From Eledone cirrhosa (Eukaryota): 64,000 bases of DNA. The translations under genes and the position numbers were made by a program. The notes under the pieces were generated by a model. The model was not told the DNA's origin. It ran no database searches and saw only the letters and a list, made by a program, of their open reading frames with translations. Position 1 is the first letter of the stretch. Each line of letters opens with the position of its first letter. Positions 35,708-47,596 of the stretch are shown here, in pieces. The stretch spans positions 436,480,001 to 436,544,000 of the forward strand of contig OZ024740.1 in the NCBI GenBank assembly GCA_964016885.1. Reading direction: 5' to 3'.

Positions 35708-37801
35708 ATGGCTACGAAAAAGAAATTTCATACCTCACTCCCACTCATTCCGTCTTCTTCTTCCTCAATCATCACTACAGCAGAGAGAAGATTGTCTCTC
35801 TCCCTCCCTTCTTTAAATGTGTCTCTCTCCCTCCCTTCTCTTTCGCAAGTGACGAAAGAAAAGAAAAGTCTCGTGCAAAGCGTGCAAGGTTTCTCCACGA
35901 CGACGACGACAGCGACGAAACAGGTGTGCGGGAAATACGAAAACCCAGTTCATTCGTCTGACGTCAGGAATAATAGCAGTAGCAGCCGTAATAACAACAG
36001 CAACAGTGACAATGAAAACAACAGTAGCAGCCGCAACAGCATCACCAGCAGCATAAACAACAACAGCATTAGCAGCAGCAACACCAACAAAAACCACAGT
36101 AACAGCGGCGGAGGCAGTAGTCGTAGTACCTGCAGCAACAACAAAAGTACCAGCAGCTCTGACAACAACAACAGCAGAGAAAAACCAATCTCATTTGCAG
36201 GTATTGCGAAAAACTTGGAAACAATCCTCATAACAAATGAGGAATTAGAGGAAGCGAAGAAGATGGTGACAAAGAACGGACACCGAGCAATCTGCAAGGC
36301 AGCAGAAAAATTTTTCAAAACCCAAGAGCACTGTACGGTCACGTACCGTACAGTAAGTACAAAATCCCGTAGGGTGGAAAGAGCCACAGAGGCCCAAATA
36401 CAAAAAGCCTTGGGGTCTGTGTGGCAGCGGAAAACGCACATCACCCGAGGCAAAAAATATGCCACCGTAGACGTACTTTTTGCCACACCCCAGGAGGCAA
36501 AGGCCCAATCAGTAGTGACCCTAAGGAGCGAGGAAATGGTGTTGGTGCCCTCCTACTGCGGGCAAAAAATTGTGAGGGTCAAACTGGCCCACGTCCCCCC
36601 CGGAATGACCCCTTCTTGGCTGGCCGCGTCTGTCCTCGTCGGAATCGAGGACAAAACAACTGTACTGCAAGTACAGAAAAAAGTAAGAGAAGATTGGGTC
36701 GGCTCCTCCATTGAGATGCTAATCCAAACCAACCAGGAGTGCATCGAAGCTATCCCGGATGTGATAGACTTCGATAACGGCACTCAACTGCCCATAAGTG
36801 TTGAGGGCAAACGCCCGAAATGCTTTCGCTGTGGATCGAAGACACACCTCAGGGCCTTCTGCAACGAGAAGACCCTGAGAAAGGAGAAAACCCCCCTCCT
36901 TCCGAATCCGGCTCCACGGCTACCAGCAACAGGACAAGCGGCAACCAGGAACGATAGGTCCGTGGCACCCATACCCACGCCACGGAAATCAAAAACAGCA
37001 GCAGCAGTGGAAATATTAACAACAACAACAGCAATACCAAATGCAGCTGCAACAGAGACTCCAGTGCAAACATCACCAACAACAACAAGTGAAAGAGTGG
37101 AGCTGGTACCCCTCCCCGACCTCACAGAATCAGACATGGAGTGTGAGGTGGGAGAGGGATGGCAAAAGGTCGCAAGAAGGCACAAACGCAGAAGCAGCGC
37201 ATCGTCGCCTTTGAAAAGGGAGGAAAGAAATGAGAAAAGGGTAAAGTCTACTGCAAAGAGACCCACAGCAGCAACAACACCAACACCATCACCACCCACA
37301 CTAGCACCACCATCACCACCGGCGACAACCCCACCGCCAACAACACCTTCAACACCACCACCACAAGCACCAACATCGCAAACACAACAACAAAACACAC
37401 ACACCCAGCAACAACGACAAGAAAATAGCAGAACCACACCCCACCCGCAGAAAAACAAATGCACGGCAATAAATACACACAACAAGAAACTAATGACTTA
37501 CATAATTGAACACACAGACATTTCACAACAGGACTACATAATACCAGCACCAATCAAAACGCCAACTAACATAAGACTGCTAAAAATAGCACAGAAACAA
37601 TACACAAACATTAAAACGAAATTCCCCAACGCAGTTGGTGATTTCAGGGACCTAGGAGGAACCATCAATCGAAGAGTATACTCAGACATTCTCTTAGAAG
37701 AGCCGACGACCAGCCGAAGGGACGATTCAACGGTCCCTTCACCAGACGATCAAGTGAAAAGGGATGTAAAAACCATCCCTCCTCTACCAAAAGTACGGTA
37801 A
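35708..37801 (+). CDS. Tx1 ORF1 (copy T3)
   Basis: 697 aa, near-identical to T2 ORF1. Confidence 0.88.
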   Translation: MATKKKFHTSLPLIPSSSSSIITTAERRLSLSLPSLNVSLSLPSLSQVTKEKKSLVQSVQGFSTTTTTATKQVCGKYENPVHSSDVRNNSSSSRNNNSNSDNENNSSSRNSITSSINNNSISSSNTNKNHSNSGGGSSRSTCSNNKSTSSSDNNNSREKPISFAGIAKNLETILITNEELEEAKKMVTKNGHRAICKAAEKFFKTQEHCTVTYRTVSTKSRRVERATEAQIQKALGSVWQRKTHITRGKKYATVDVLFATPQEAKAQSVVTLRSEEMVLVPSYCGQKIVRVKLAHVPPGMTPSWLAASVLVGIEDKTTVLQVQKKVREDWVGSSIEMLIQTNQECIEAIPDVIDFDNGTQLPISVEGKRPKCFRCGSKTHLRAFCNEKTLRKEKTPLLPNPAPRLPATGQAATRNDRSVAPIPTPRKSKTAAAVEILTTTTAIPNAAATETPVQTSPTTTSERVELVPLPDLTESDMECEVGEGWQKVARRHKRRSSASSPLKREERNEKRVKSTAKRPTAATTPTPSPPTLAPPSPPATTPPPTTPSTPPPQAPTSQTQQQNTHTQQQRQENSRTTPHPQKNKCTAINTHNKKLMTYIIEHTDISQQDYIIPAPIKTPTNIRLLKIAQKQYTNIKTKFPNAVGDFRDLGGTINRRVYSDILLEEPTTSRRDDSTVPSPDDQVKRDVKTIPPLPKVR

Positions 37802-37836
37802 GTGGTCTTTCCCATCTTTTCCACTCTATTTTAAAC

Positions 37837-40800
37837 ATGACCTCACTCAGAATAGGCAGCATAAATGCGCGTGGCTTGGGGTCGTCATGGAAGCAGGGTC
37901 ACCTGCTCAACGACCTCAGGTCACTAAACATAGATGTAGTGGCCATCAGCGAGACCAGAATCTCCGAAGCACGGGCCTTCGAACCGATCTTCGGCGGCTA
38001 CGATGTGTACGGATCTCCCAGCCGTCCTGGATCGGGTGGAGGAGTTGCTGTGCTTTTTCGGAGAGGTTTGGATCTCGCCATACGGGCCATCTTCCTGGAC
38101 CCAGAGGGTAAGCTGGTGGTGCTGGACGTGACCAGCGGAGACGGGCAAGCTTTCAGGCTAGTGGCCGTCTATGCCCCGACAGGAGCAGGGCGGCCTGATT
38201 TCTTCCGGCGTCTGGAGACCTTTCTTGGAACGTCCCGCTCTTTAGTGTTAGTGGGCGACTGGAACGGGATCTTAGATGCACGCTGGGACTGTGTGGGATT
38301 AGCGGATAGGGGTGGAGGGTGCAAGAGCCTCACCAACCTGCTCAGGCGTTTTGAACTGTCTGACAGGTACCGATTGGATTTCCCGAATGTGCCAATGTGG
38401 ACTTGGACAAACCGCATAGGGTCATCCAGATCATATCTAGATAGAGTATTTTGTAGGGAAATAGATAGGTCTAGCATAGGCTGTCCACAATTCAAGATAG
38501 TCAGCTACACGGACCACAAATTCGTGACCTGTGTGCTTGACTTAGATAGGCTTCATAGACGAGGACCCGGCTACTGGAAGCGAAACGCGTCCTTACCAGC
38601 GCGCAAGGCCTACAGAGACCGGATTAGCGAACTAGTTAAGCGGGCGTTGACGGGGGCCATCGTCAACAACAAGTGGTGGTTTGCTCTGAAAAGAGCGATT
38701 AGAATAGAATCGATTAGGTTTAGTAAGGCTTTAGCAATAGAGAAAAATAGAGCAGAGGGAGAACTAGTTAGAAAATTAGACGAGGCGCTTAGCAAAGGCA
38801 TTGCGACCGACGTGCTTGCGGCGAAATTGGCCCTTGACCAATTCTTCAATGCAAAGCACGAAGGCTGCGTTGTCAGAGCTAGGGTGCGTGCTCTCAGACA
38901 CGAGGGGACGAAAGCCGTTCAATGGGCCCGAGTGGCAGAGGCGCGTCGTGGCAACAAAGCCACGATCCGGTCTTTGGTGGACCACGACGGGCGCATGCTA
39001 CTCGATCCCGGGCAAATGTGTGAAGCTTTTCAGCGACACTTCGCTCAGCTGTTCGGGGGCAGCGGGGGGCCGGGTAGAGGGATGGACTTTAGTGTCTACC
39101 TCGACTGACTGCCGCGGCTCTCGGCCACTGAGGCGAAGTGTTGCGAAAAGCCGATAACAGCCGCTGAAGTACGGGAGGCAATGACTGGCTGCACAAGGGG
39201 TAAATCGCCTGGTTTGGATGGTCTGCCCTATGAACTTTACGTACAGATGCCAGACTTGTTCGGAGGCCTCTTGGCGGACGTCTACTGCAACTGGCAACAG
39301 AACGGGAGAATTCCCAGTTCTGTGAGCCGAGGAGCGGTGACACTGCTGAGAAAGGATCCCAACAAGGGGGATAACATAGACAATTTCCGGCCCATAACTC
39401 TGCTAAACACAGAGTTTAAGATTTTGGCCAAGGTGCTAGCAAAGAGGTTGGCGCTTGTCGCTGGTGGTCTGGTGGGAGAGGCGCAGACATGCGCCATTCC
39501 CGACAGATCTATCCACGACAACCTCCACCTCATGCGATACATCGTAGAGAGGGTAGCTAGGGAACCTGGCACGGGTGGGTCCTTGATCAATTTAGATCAG
39601 TCGAAAGCTTTCGATAGGGTCGACCATCGTTACCTAGCGGCAGTCCTGAGGGCGGCTGGCTTTGGGCCCGTCTTCAGAGGCTGGATCGCTGCCATGCACA
39701 ACGACATCTGCTCTGTGGTGAGAGTGAACGGTCACCTGTCGGAACCGTTCAACATCATGCGCTCGGTCCGCCAAGGATGTCCCCTCTCGTCCCTCTTGTA
39801 CGTATTGACTCTCGAGCCATTACTGCACAAACTGGAGACGTTGAGGGGCGTCCCGCGCGAACTAGGATGCGGAAGATCCGTGTCAGCATATGCGGACTAT
39901 GTCACCGTAGTGGTGTCGAACGCCAAACACATCGAGGCGATCGGCACTACACTAAGAGAATACGAAGCGGTGACAGGAGCAATGATCAACCAGGAAAAGT
40001 CAGTGGGCCTGCAGCTCGGCACCTGGAGAGGCAGGTCCATGCCGTCCAACAGCGTCGTCGGACGCTGGACGGACGGACCGGTTAAATTGCTAGGGGTCTG
40101 GTTCGGTCCGGACCTCCAGACGGACAAAAACTGGGACGAGGTGACGAGCAGGGTGGCTTCTCTCACCCAGAAATGGGCCGAGAGGAAGCTATTCCTGAAA
40201 GGTCGAGCGGAGGTGGCTAACGCGTACATCGCGTCCGTCATCTGCTACCACCTGACCGTCGTACCTTGTCCTAAGCCTCGCCTGACTGCGCTGGAGCGTT
40301 TGCTCTTTCGCTTTTTGTGGAAGGGACGCGCTCCGATGGTCAGGCGGTCCATCTGTTGTCAACACCCGCTACGTGGAGGGCTGGGCATGCCGTGGCTGAT
40401 GTTTCGCAAGCACGCGCTCAGGCTACGACATCTCCACCTCTTCCTCGACGGTGATCAGGTGTGGTCGCCGTTTGCTAGGCGCGTGTTTCCCCAGCTCGTT
40501 TCCTTGACGGAGCTGCAGTCCTGGGTCAAGCGAAGACCGAGAGGGAGCGCCTGGAGACTGGAATGTCTTCAGGCGCTCACAGCCCTCGGCCAATCGGGCA
40601 ATGTGATCGGTGGAAACTCCACCTCGGCGTTCTATAGAGGATTAGTGGAGGGGAAGAGCGACGACGTACTTGGGGAAACTCTAGGCGTCGACGAAAATCA
40701 ACTAGCCAATCTCTTCGGAAGAACTTTCGGGCCAGGGCCTATGGACAACTTCCAGAAATCTCTGGCCTGGCAGTGCTACCGAGGAGCCTTGCCAGTTCGG

Positions 40801-41256
40801 GATAAACTCTACAGGCATGGAGGTGCCGTCAGCCGGGCATGTCCGAGATGCGCGCAGGGCGACGAAACCGTCCTGCACGCACTCGTCCAGTGTCCGAAAA
40901 TTGCTGACTTGTGGGTTTATGTCGAACACCTGCTGTCGCGTTTAGGACGGATCCGGCTATCATCTGAGTCCATCGTGAGGATTGCCCCGCCCTCCTCCTT
41001 TAGCCGGGAAGGGCAGGCAGTTTTTATCTGCCTGGTGGCCATGGCGAAAGAGATAGTATGGTGGACACGTTTGAAAGGGCTGAAGACGAGCACTTACCTC
41101 TTCGGTGATGCTCTGATTGACTTTTTCAAATTTCATTTGAAAAGGAAAATCAGAGTAGAGAGGGAAGTGCTCTCTTCCCAGCATTTTGTTGAAAGATGGG
41201 TGAGAGAAGCAAGAATGGCCCGAGTGAATGGGCCTACTCTGAGCATATATCTGTAA
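37837..41256 (+). pseudogene. Tx1 ORF2 with premature stop (copy T3)
   Basis: The Gly codon (GGA/GGG in other copies) is TGA after VYLD; the RT motif is YADY. Confidence 0.9.
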
Positions 41257-41748
41257 ATTAAAGGTGGAAAACTGGGAGAGGGCACTTGCCTTGGTGGTCA
41301 GGGTCATTGTGGCTTTTTACTGGGATTTCACCACAAATCTCCCTCCGAAGTCTCCCCCCTATTGGGGAATTTTTCATTGTTATTTTCATTGTTATTTTTG
41401 TTACATCCTCTGTTTTTGTTTTTTACACGCAGAAATGCCCATTTGTACCGTCCTGCATTGTCCTGCACTGTCCTTAATGTCTACTTTATGTAAACCCTTG
41501 TGGTTAATAAAGAAATCATTATTATTATTATTATTGAATGCCATGGTTGACGGAGGCTCGGCTCTGTAAGGTATAGTAATTTTTAACCGTTAAAACAATT
41601 GTAAATTGTTTAAAACTTGAACCAAATTGTTGATAAAGACACCCTCCTCCTCGTGAGAGGGGTCTTTCTGTCCGTTATTTGGCCCTTCGGGGTTAAATAA
41701 CCAGTTATTGGGGTTTTGTACCCAATATTCATTTAAAAAAAAAACAAC

Positions 41749-43845
41749 ATGGCTACGAAAAAGAAATTTCATACCTCACTCCCACTCATTCCGTCTTCTT
41801 CTTCCTCAATCATCACTACAGCAGAGAGAAGATTGTCTCTCTCCCTCCCTTCTTTAAATGTGTCTCTCTCCCTCCCTTCTCTTTCGCAAGTGACGAAAGA
41901 AAAGAAAAGTCTCGTGCAAAGCGTGCAAGGTTTCTCCACGACGACGACGACAGCGACGAAACAGGTGTGCGGGAAATACGAAAACCCAGTTCATTCGTCT
42001 GACGTCAGGAATAATAGCAGTAGCAGCCGTAATAACAACAGCAACAGTGACAATGAAAACAACAGTAGCAGCCGCAACAGCATCACCAGCAGCATAAACA
42101 ACAACAGCATTAGCAGCAGCAACACCAACAACAACCACAGCAACAGCGGCGGAGGCAGTAGTCGTAGTACCTGCAGCAACAACAAAAGTACCAGCAGCTC
42201 TGACGACAACAACAACAGCAGAGAAAAACCAATCTCATTTGCAGGTATTGCGAAAAACTTGGAAACAATCCTCATAACAAATGAGGAATTAGAGGAAGCG
42301 AAGAAGATGGTGACAAAGAACGGACACCGAGCAATCTGCAAGGCAGCGGAAAAATTTTTCGAAACCCAAGAGCACTGTACGGTCACGTACCGTACAGTAA
42401 GTACAAAATCCCGTAGGGTGGAAAGAGCCACAGAGGCCCAAATACAAAAAGCCTTGGGGTCTGTGTGGCAGCGGAAAACGCACATCACCCGAGGCAAAAA
42501 ATATGCCACCGTAGACGTACTTTTTGCCACACCCCAGGAGGCAAAGGCCCAATCAGTAGTGACCCTAAGGAGCGAGGAAATGGTGTTGGTGCCCTCCTAC
42601 TGTGGGCAAAAAATTGTGAGGGTCAAACTAACCCACGTCCCCCCCGGAATGACCCCTTCTTGGCTGGCCGCGTCTGTCCTCGTCGGAATCGAGGACAAAA
42701 CAACTGTACTGCAAGTACAGAAAAAAGTAAGAGAAGATTGGGTCGGCTCCTCCATTGAGATGCTAATCCAAACCAACCAGGAGTGCATCGAAGCTATCCC
42801 GGATGTGATAGACTTCGATAACGGCACTCAACTGCCCATAAGTGTTGAGGGCAAACGCCCGAAATGCTTTCGCTGTGGATCGAAGACTCACCTCAGGGCC
42901 TTCTGCAACGAGAAGACCCTGAGAAAGGAGAAAACCCCCCTCCTTCTGAATCCGGCTCCACGGCTACCAGCAACAGGACAAGCGGCAACCAGGAACGATA
43001 GGTCCGTGGCACCCATACCCACTCCACGGAAATCAAAGACAGCAGCAGCAGTGGAAATATTAACAACAACAACAGCAATACCAAATGCAGCTGCAACAGA
43101 GACTCCAGTGCAAACATCACCAACAACAACAAGTGAAAGAGTGGAGCTGGTACCCCTCCCCGACCTTACAGAATCAGACATGGAGTGTGAGGTGGGAGAG
43201 GGATGGCAAAAGGTCGCAAGAAGGCACAAACGCAGAAGCAGCGCATCGTCGCCTTTGAAAAGGGAGGAAAGAAATGAGAAAAGGGTAAAGTCTACTGCAA
43301 AGAGACCCACAGCAGCAACACCACCAACACCATCACCACCCACACCAGCACCACCATCACCACCGGCGACAACCCCACCGCCAACAACACCTTCAACACC
43401 ACCACCACAAGCACCAACATCGCAAACACAACAACAAAACACACACACCCAGCAACAACGACAAGAAAATAGCAGAACCACACCCCACCCCCAGAAAAAC
43501 AAATGCACGGCAATAAACACACACAACAAGAAACTAATGACTTACATAATTGAACACACAGACATTTCACAACAGGACTACATAATACCAGCACCAATCA
43601 AAACGCCAACTAACATAAGACTGCTAAAAATAGCACAGAAACAATACACAAACATTAAAACGAAATTCCCCAACGCAGTTGGTGATTTCAGGGACCTAGG
43701 AGGAACCATCAATCGAAGAGTATATTCAGACATTCTCTTAGAAGAGCCGACGACCAGCCGAAGGGACGATTCAACGGTCCCTTCACCAGACGATCAAGTG
43801 AAAAGGGATGTAAAAACCATCCCTCCTCTACCAAAAGTACGGTAA
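41749..43845 (+). CDS. Tx1 ORF1 (copy T4)
   Basis: 698 aa with CCHC knuckle. Confidence 0.88.
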   Translation: MATKKKFHTSLPLIPSSSSSIITTAERRLSLSLPSLNVSLSLPSLSQVTKEKKSLVQSVQGFSTTTTTATKQVCGKYENPVHSSDVRNNSSSSRNNNSNSDNENNSSSRNSITSSINNNSISSSNTNNNHSNSGGGSSRSTCSNNKSTSSSDDNNNSREKPISFAGIAKNLETILITNEELEEAKKMVTKNGHRAICKAAEKFFETQEHCTVTYRTVSTKSRRVERATEAQIQKALGSVWQRKTHITRGKKYATVDVLFATPQEAKAQSVVTLRSEEMVLVPSYCGQKIVRVKLTHVPPGMTPSWLAASVLVGIEDKTTVLQVQKKVREDWVGSSIEMLIQTNQECIEAIPDVIDFDNGTQLPISVEGKRPKCFRCGSKTHLRAFCNEKTLRKEKTPLLLNPAPRLPATGQAATRNDRSVAPIPTPRKSKTAAAVEILTTTTAIPNAAATETPVQTSPTTTSERVELVPLPDLTESDMECEVGEGWQKVARRHKRRSSASSPLKREERNEKRVKSTAKRPTAATPPTPSPPTPAPPSPPATTPPPTTPSTPPPQAPTSQTQQQNTHTQQQRQENSRTTPHPQKNKCTAINTHNKKLMTYIIEHTDISQQDYIIPAPIKTPTNIRLLKIAQKQYTNIKTKFPNAVGDFRDLGGTINRRVYSDILLEEPTTSRRDDSTVPSPDDQVKRDVKTIPPLPKVR

Positions 43846-43879
43846 GTGGTCTTTCCCATCTTTTCCACTCTATTTAAAC

Positions 43880-46800
43880 ATGACCTCACTCAGAATAGGC
43901 AGCATAAATGCGCGTGGCTTGGGGTCGTCATGGAAGCAGGGTCACCTGCTCAACGATCTCAGGTCACTAAACATAGATGTAGTGGCCATCAGCGAGACAA
44001 GAATCTCCGAAGCACGGGCCTTCGCACCGATCTTCGGCGGCTACGATGTGTACGCATCTCCCAGCCGTCCTGGATCGGGTGGAGGATTTGCTGTGCTTTT
44101 TCGGAGAGGTTTGGATCTCGCCATACGGGCCATCTTCCTGGACCCAGAGGGTAAGCTGGTGGTGCTGGACGTGACCAGCGGAGACGGGCAAGCTTTCAGG
44201 CTAGTGGCCGTCTATGCCCCGACAGGAGCAGGGCGGCCTGATTTCTTCCGGCGTCTGGAGACCTTTCTTGGAACGTCCCGCTCTTTAGTGTTAGTGGGCG
44301 ACTGGAACGGGATCTTAGATGCACGCTGGGACTGTGTGGGATTAGCGGATAGGGGTGGAGGGTGCAAGAGCCTCACCAACCTGCTCAGGCGTTTTGAACT
44401 GTCTGACAGGTACCGATTGGATTTCCCGAATGTGCCAATGTGGACTTGGACAAACCGCATAGGGTCATCCAGATCATATCTAGATAGAGTATTTTGTAGG
44501 GAAATAGATAGGTCTAGCATAGGCTGTCCACAATTCAAGATAGTCAGCTACACGGACCACAAATTCGTGACCTGTGTGCTTGACTTAGATAGGCTTCATA
44601 GACGAGGACCCGGCTACTGGAAGCTAAACGCGTCCTTACCAGCGCGCAAGGCCTACAGAGACCGGATTAGCGAACTAGTTAAGCGGGCGTTGACGGGGGC
44701 CATCGTCAACAACAAGTGGTGGTTTGCTCTGAAAAGAGCGATTAGAATAGAATCGATTAGGTTTAGTAAGGCTTTAGCAATAGAGAAAAATAGAGCAGAG
44801 GGAGAACTAGTTAGAAAATTAGACGAGGCGCTTAGCAAAGGCATTGCGACCGACGTGCTTGCGGCGAAATTGGCCCTTGACCAATTCTTCAATGCAAAGC
44901 ACGAAGGCTGCGTTGTCAGAGCTAGGGTGCGTGCTCTCAGACACGAGGGGACGAAAGCCGTTCAATGGGCCCGAGTGGCGGAGGCGCGTCGTGGCAACAA
45001 AGCCACGATCCGGTCTTTGGTGGACCACGACGGGCGCATGCTACTCGATCCCGGGCAAATGTGTGAAGCTTTTCAGCGACACTTCGCTCAGCTGTTCGGG
45101 GGCAGCGGGGGGCCGGGTAGAGGGATGGACTTTAGTGTCTACCTCGACGGACTGCCGCGGCTCTCGGCCACTGAGGCGAAGTGTTGCGAAAAGCCGATAA
45201 CAGCCGCTGAAGTACGGGAGGCAATGACTGGCTGCACAAGGGGTAAATCGCCTGGTTTGGATGGTCTGCCCTATGAACTTTACGTACAGATGCCAGACTT
45301 GTTCGGAGGCCTCTTGGCGGACGTCTACTGCAACTGGCAACAGAACGGGAGAATTCCCAGTTCTGTGAGCCGAGGAGCGGTGGCACTGCTGAGAAAGGAT
45401 CCGAACAAGGGGGATAACATAGACAATTTCCGGCCCATAACTCTGCTAAACACAGAGTTTAAGATTTTGGCCAAGGTGCTAGCAAAGAGGTTGGCGCTTG
45501 TCGTTGGTGGTCTGGTGGGAGAGGCGCAGACATGCGCCATTCCCGACAGATCCATCCACGACAACCTCCACCTCATGCGATACATCGTAGAGAGGGTAGC
45601 TAGGGAACCTGGCACGGGTGGGTCCTTGATCAATTTAGATCAGTCGAAAGCTTTCGATAGGGTCGACCATCGTTACCTAGCGGCAGTCCTGAGGGCGGCT
45701 GGCTTTGGGCCCGTCTTCAGAGGCTGGATCGCTGCCATGCACAGCGACATCTGCTCTGTGGTGAGAGTGAACGGTCACCTATCGGAACCGTTCAACATCA
45801 TGCGCTCGGTCCGCCAAGGATGTCCCCTCTCGTCCCTCTTGTACGTATTGACTCTCGAGCCATTACTGCACAAACTGGAGACGTTGAGGGGAGTCCCGCG
45901 CGAACTAGGATGCGGAAGATCCGTGTCAGCATATGCGGACTATGTCACCGTAGTGGTGTCGAACGCCAAACACATCGAGGCGATCGGCACTACACTAAGA
46001 GAATACGAAGCGGTGACAGGAGCAATGATCAACCAGGAAAAGTCAGTGGGCCTGCAGCTCGGCACCTGGAGAGGCAGGTCCATGCCGTCCAACAGCGTCG
46101 TCGGGCGCTGGACGGACGGACCGGTTAAATTGCTAGGGGTCTGGTTCGGTCCGGACCTCCAGACGGACAAAAACTGGGACGAGGTGACGAGCAGGGTGGC
46201 TTCTCTCACCCAGAAATGGGCGGAGAGGAAGCTATCCCTGAAAGGTCGAGCGGAGGTGGCTAACGCGTACATCGCGTCTGTCATCTGCTACCGCCTAACC
46301 GTCGTACCTTGTCCTAAGCCTCGCCTGACTGCGCTGGAGCGTTTGCTCTTTCGCTTTTTGTGGAAGGGACGTGCTCCGATGGCCAGGCGGTCCATCTGTT
46401 GTCAACACCCGCTACGTGGAGGGCTGGGCATGCCGTGGCTGATGATGCGCAGGCACGCGCTCAGGCTACGACATCTCCACCTCTTCCCCGACGGTGATCA
46501 GGTGTGGTCGCCGTTTGCTAGGCGCGTGTTTCCCCAGCTCGTTTCCTTGACGGAGCTGCAGTCCTGGGTCAAGCGAAGACCGAGAGGGAGCGCCTGGAGA
46601 CTGGAATGTCTTCAGGCGCTCACAGCCCTCGGCCAATCGGGCAATGTCATCGGTGGAAACTCCACCTCGGCGTTCTATAGAGGATTAGTGGAGGGGAAGA
46701 GCGACGACGTACTTGGGGAAACTCTAGGCGTCGACGAAAATCAACTAGCCAATCTCTTCGGAAGAACTTTCGGGCCAGGGCCTATGGACAACTTCCAGAA

Positions 46801-47299
46801 ATCTCTGGCCTGGCAGTGCTACCGAGGAGCCTCGCCAGTTCGGGATAAACTCTACAGGCATGGAGGTGCCGTCAGCCGGGCATGTCCGAGATGCGCGCAG
46901 GGCGACGAAACCGTCCTGCACGCACTCGTCCAGTGTCCGAAAATTGCTGACTTGTGGGTTTATGTCGAACACCTGCTGTCGCGTTTAGGACGGATCCAGC
47001 TATCATCTGAGTCTATCGTGAGGATTGCCCCGCCCTCCTCCTTTAGCCGGGAAGGGCAGGCAGTTTTTATCTGTCTGGTGGCCATGGCGAAAGAGATAGT
47101 ATGGTGGACACGTTTGAAAGGGCTGAAGACGAGCACTTACCTCTTCGGTGATGCTCTGATTGACTTTTTCAAATTTCATTTGAAAAGGAAAATCAGAGTA
47201 GAGAAGGAAGTGCTCTCTTCCCAGCATTTTGTTGAAAGATGGGTGAGAGAAGCAAGAATGGCCCGAGTGAATGGGCCGACTCTGAGTATATATCTGTAA
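43880..47299 (+). CDS. Tx1 ORF2 (copy T4), open but RT motif YADY
   Basis: 1139 aa; second catalytic Asp replaced by Tyr (gac tat). Confidence 0.9.
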   Translation: MTSLRIGSINARGLGSSWKQGHLLNDLRSLNIDVVAISETRISEARAFAPIFGGYDVYASPSRPGSGGGFAVLFRRGLDLAIRAIFLDPEGKLVVLDVTSGDGQAFRLVAVYAPTGAGRPDFFRRLETFLGTSRSLVLVGDWNGILDARWDCVGLADRGGGCKSLTNLLRRFELSDRYRLDFPNVPMWTWTNRIGSSRSYLDRVFCREIDRSSIGCPQFKIVSYTDHKFVTCVLDLDRLHRRGPGYWKLNASLPARKAYRDRISELVKRALTGAIVNNKWWFALKRAIRIESIRFSKALAIEKNRAEGELVRKLDEALSKGIATDVLAAKLALDQFFNAKHEGCVVRARVRALRHEGTKAVQWARVAEARRGNKATIRSLVDHDGRMLLDPGQMCEAFQRHFAQLFGGSGGPGRGMDFSVYLDGLPRLSATEAKCCEKPITAAEVREAMTGCTRGKSPGLDGLPYELYVQMPDLFGGLLADVYCNWQQNGRIPSSVSRGAVALLRKDPNKGDNIDNFRPITLLNTEFKILAKVLAKRLALVVGGLVGEAQTCAIPDRSIHDNLHLMRYIVERVAREPGTGGSLINLDQSKAFDRVDHRYLAAVLRAAGFGPVFRGWIAAMHSDICSVVRVNGHLSEPFNIMRSVRQGCPLSSLLYVLTLEPLLHKLETLRGVPRELGCGRSVSAYADYVTVVVSNAKHIEAIGTTLREYEAVTGAMINQEKSVGLQLGTWRGRSMPSNSVVGRWTDGPVKLLGVWFGPDLQTDKNWDEVTSRVASLTQKWAERKLSLKGRAEVANAYIASVICYRLTVVPCPKPRLTALERLLFRFLWKGRAPMARRSICCQHPLRGGLGMPWLMMRRHALRLRHLHLFPDGDQVWSPFARRVFPQLVSLTELQSWVKRRPRGSAWRLECLQALTALGQSGNVIGGNSTSAFYRGLVEGKSDDVLGETLGVDENQLANLFGRTFGPGPMDNFQKSLAWQCYRGASPVRDKLYRHGGAVSRACPRCAQGDETVLHALVQCPKIADLWVYVEHLLSRLGRIQLSSESIVRIAPPSSFSREGQAVFICLVAMAKEIVWWTRLKGLKTSTYLFGDALIDFFKFHLKRKIRVEKEVLSSQHFVERWVREARMARVNGPTLSIYL

Positions 47300-47596
47300 A
47301 CTAAAGGTGGAAAACTGGGAGAGGGCACTTGCCTTGGTGGTCAGGGTCATTGTGGCTTTTTACTGGGCTTTCTCCACAAATGTCCCTCCGAAGTCTCCCC
47401 CCTATTGGGGAATTTTTCATTGTTATTTTCATTGTTATTTTTGTTACATCCTCTGTTTTTGTTTTTTACACGCAGAAATGCCCATTTGTACCGTCCTGCA
47501 TTGTCCTGCACTGTCCTTAATGTCTACTTTATGTAAACCCTTGTGGTTAATAAAGAAATCATTATTATTATTATTATTATTATTGTTATTGTTATT

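Larger units (their letters stand above)
35495..41517 (+). mobile_element. Tx1/L1-clade LINE, full length (copy T3)
   Basis: Head-to-tail with T2 and T4; ORF2 has an in-frame TGA at 39106-39108 and YADY. Confidence 0.95.
41536..47560 (+). mobile_element. Tx1/L1-clade LINE, full length (copy T4)
   Basis: Both ORFs are open; ATT tail joins the 3' end of Dong A5. Confidence 0.95.
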
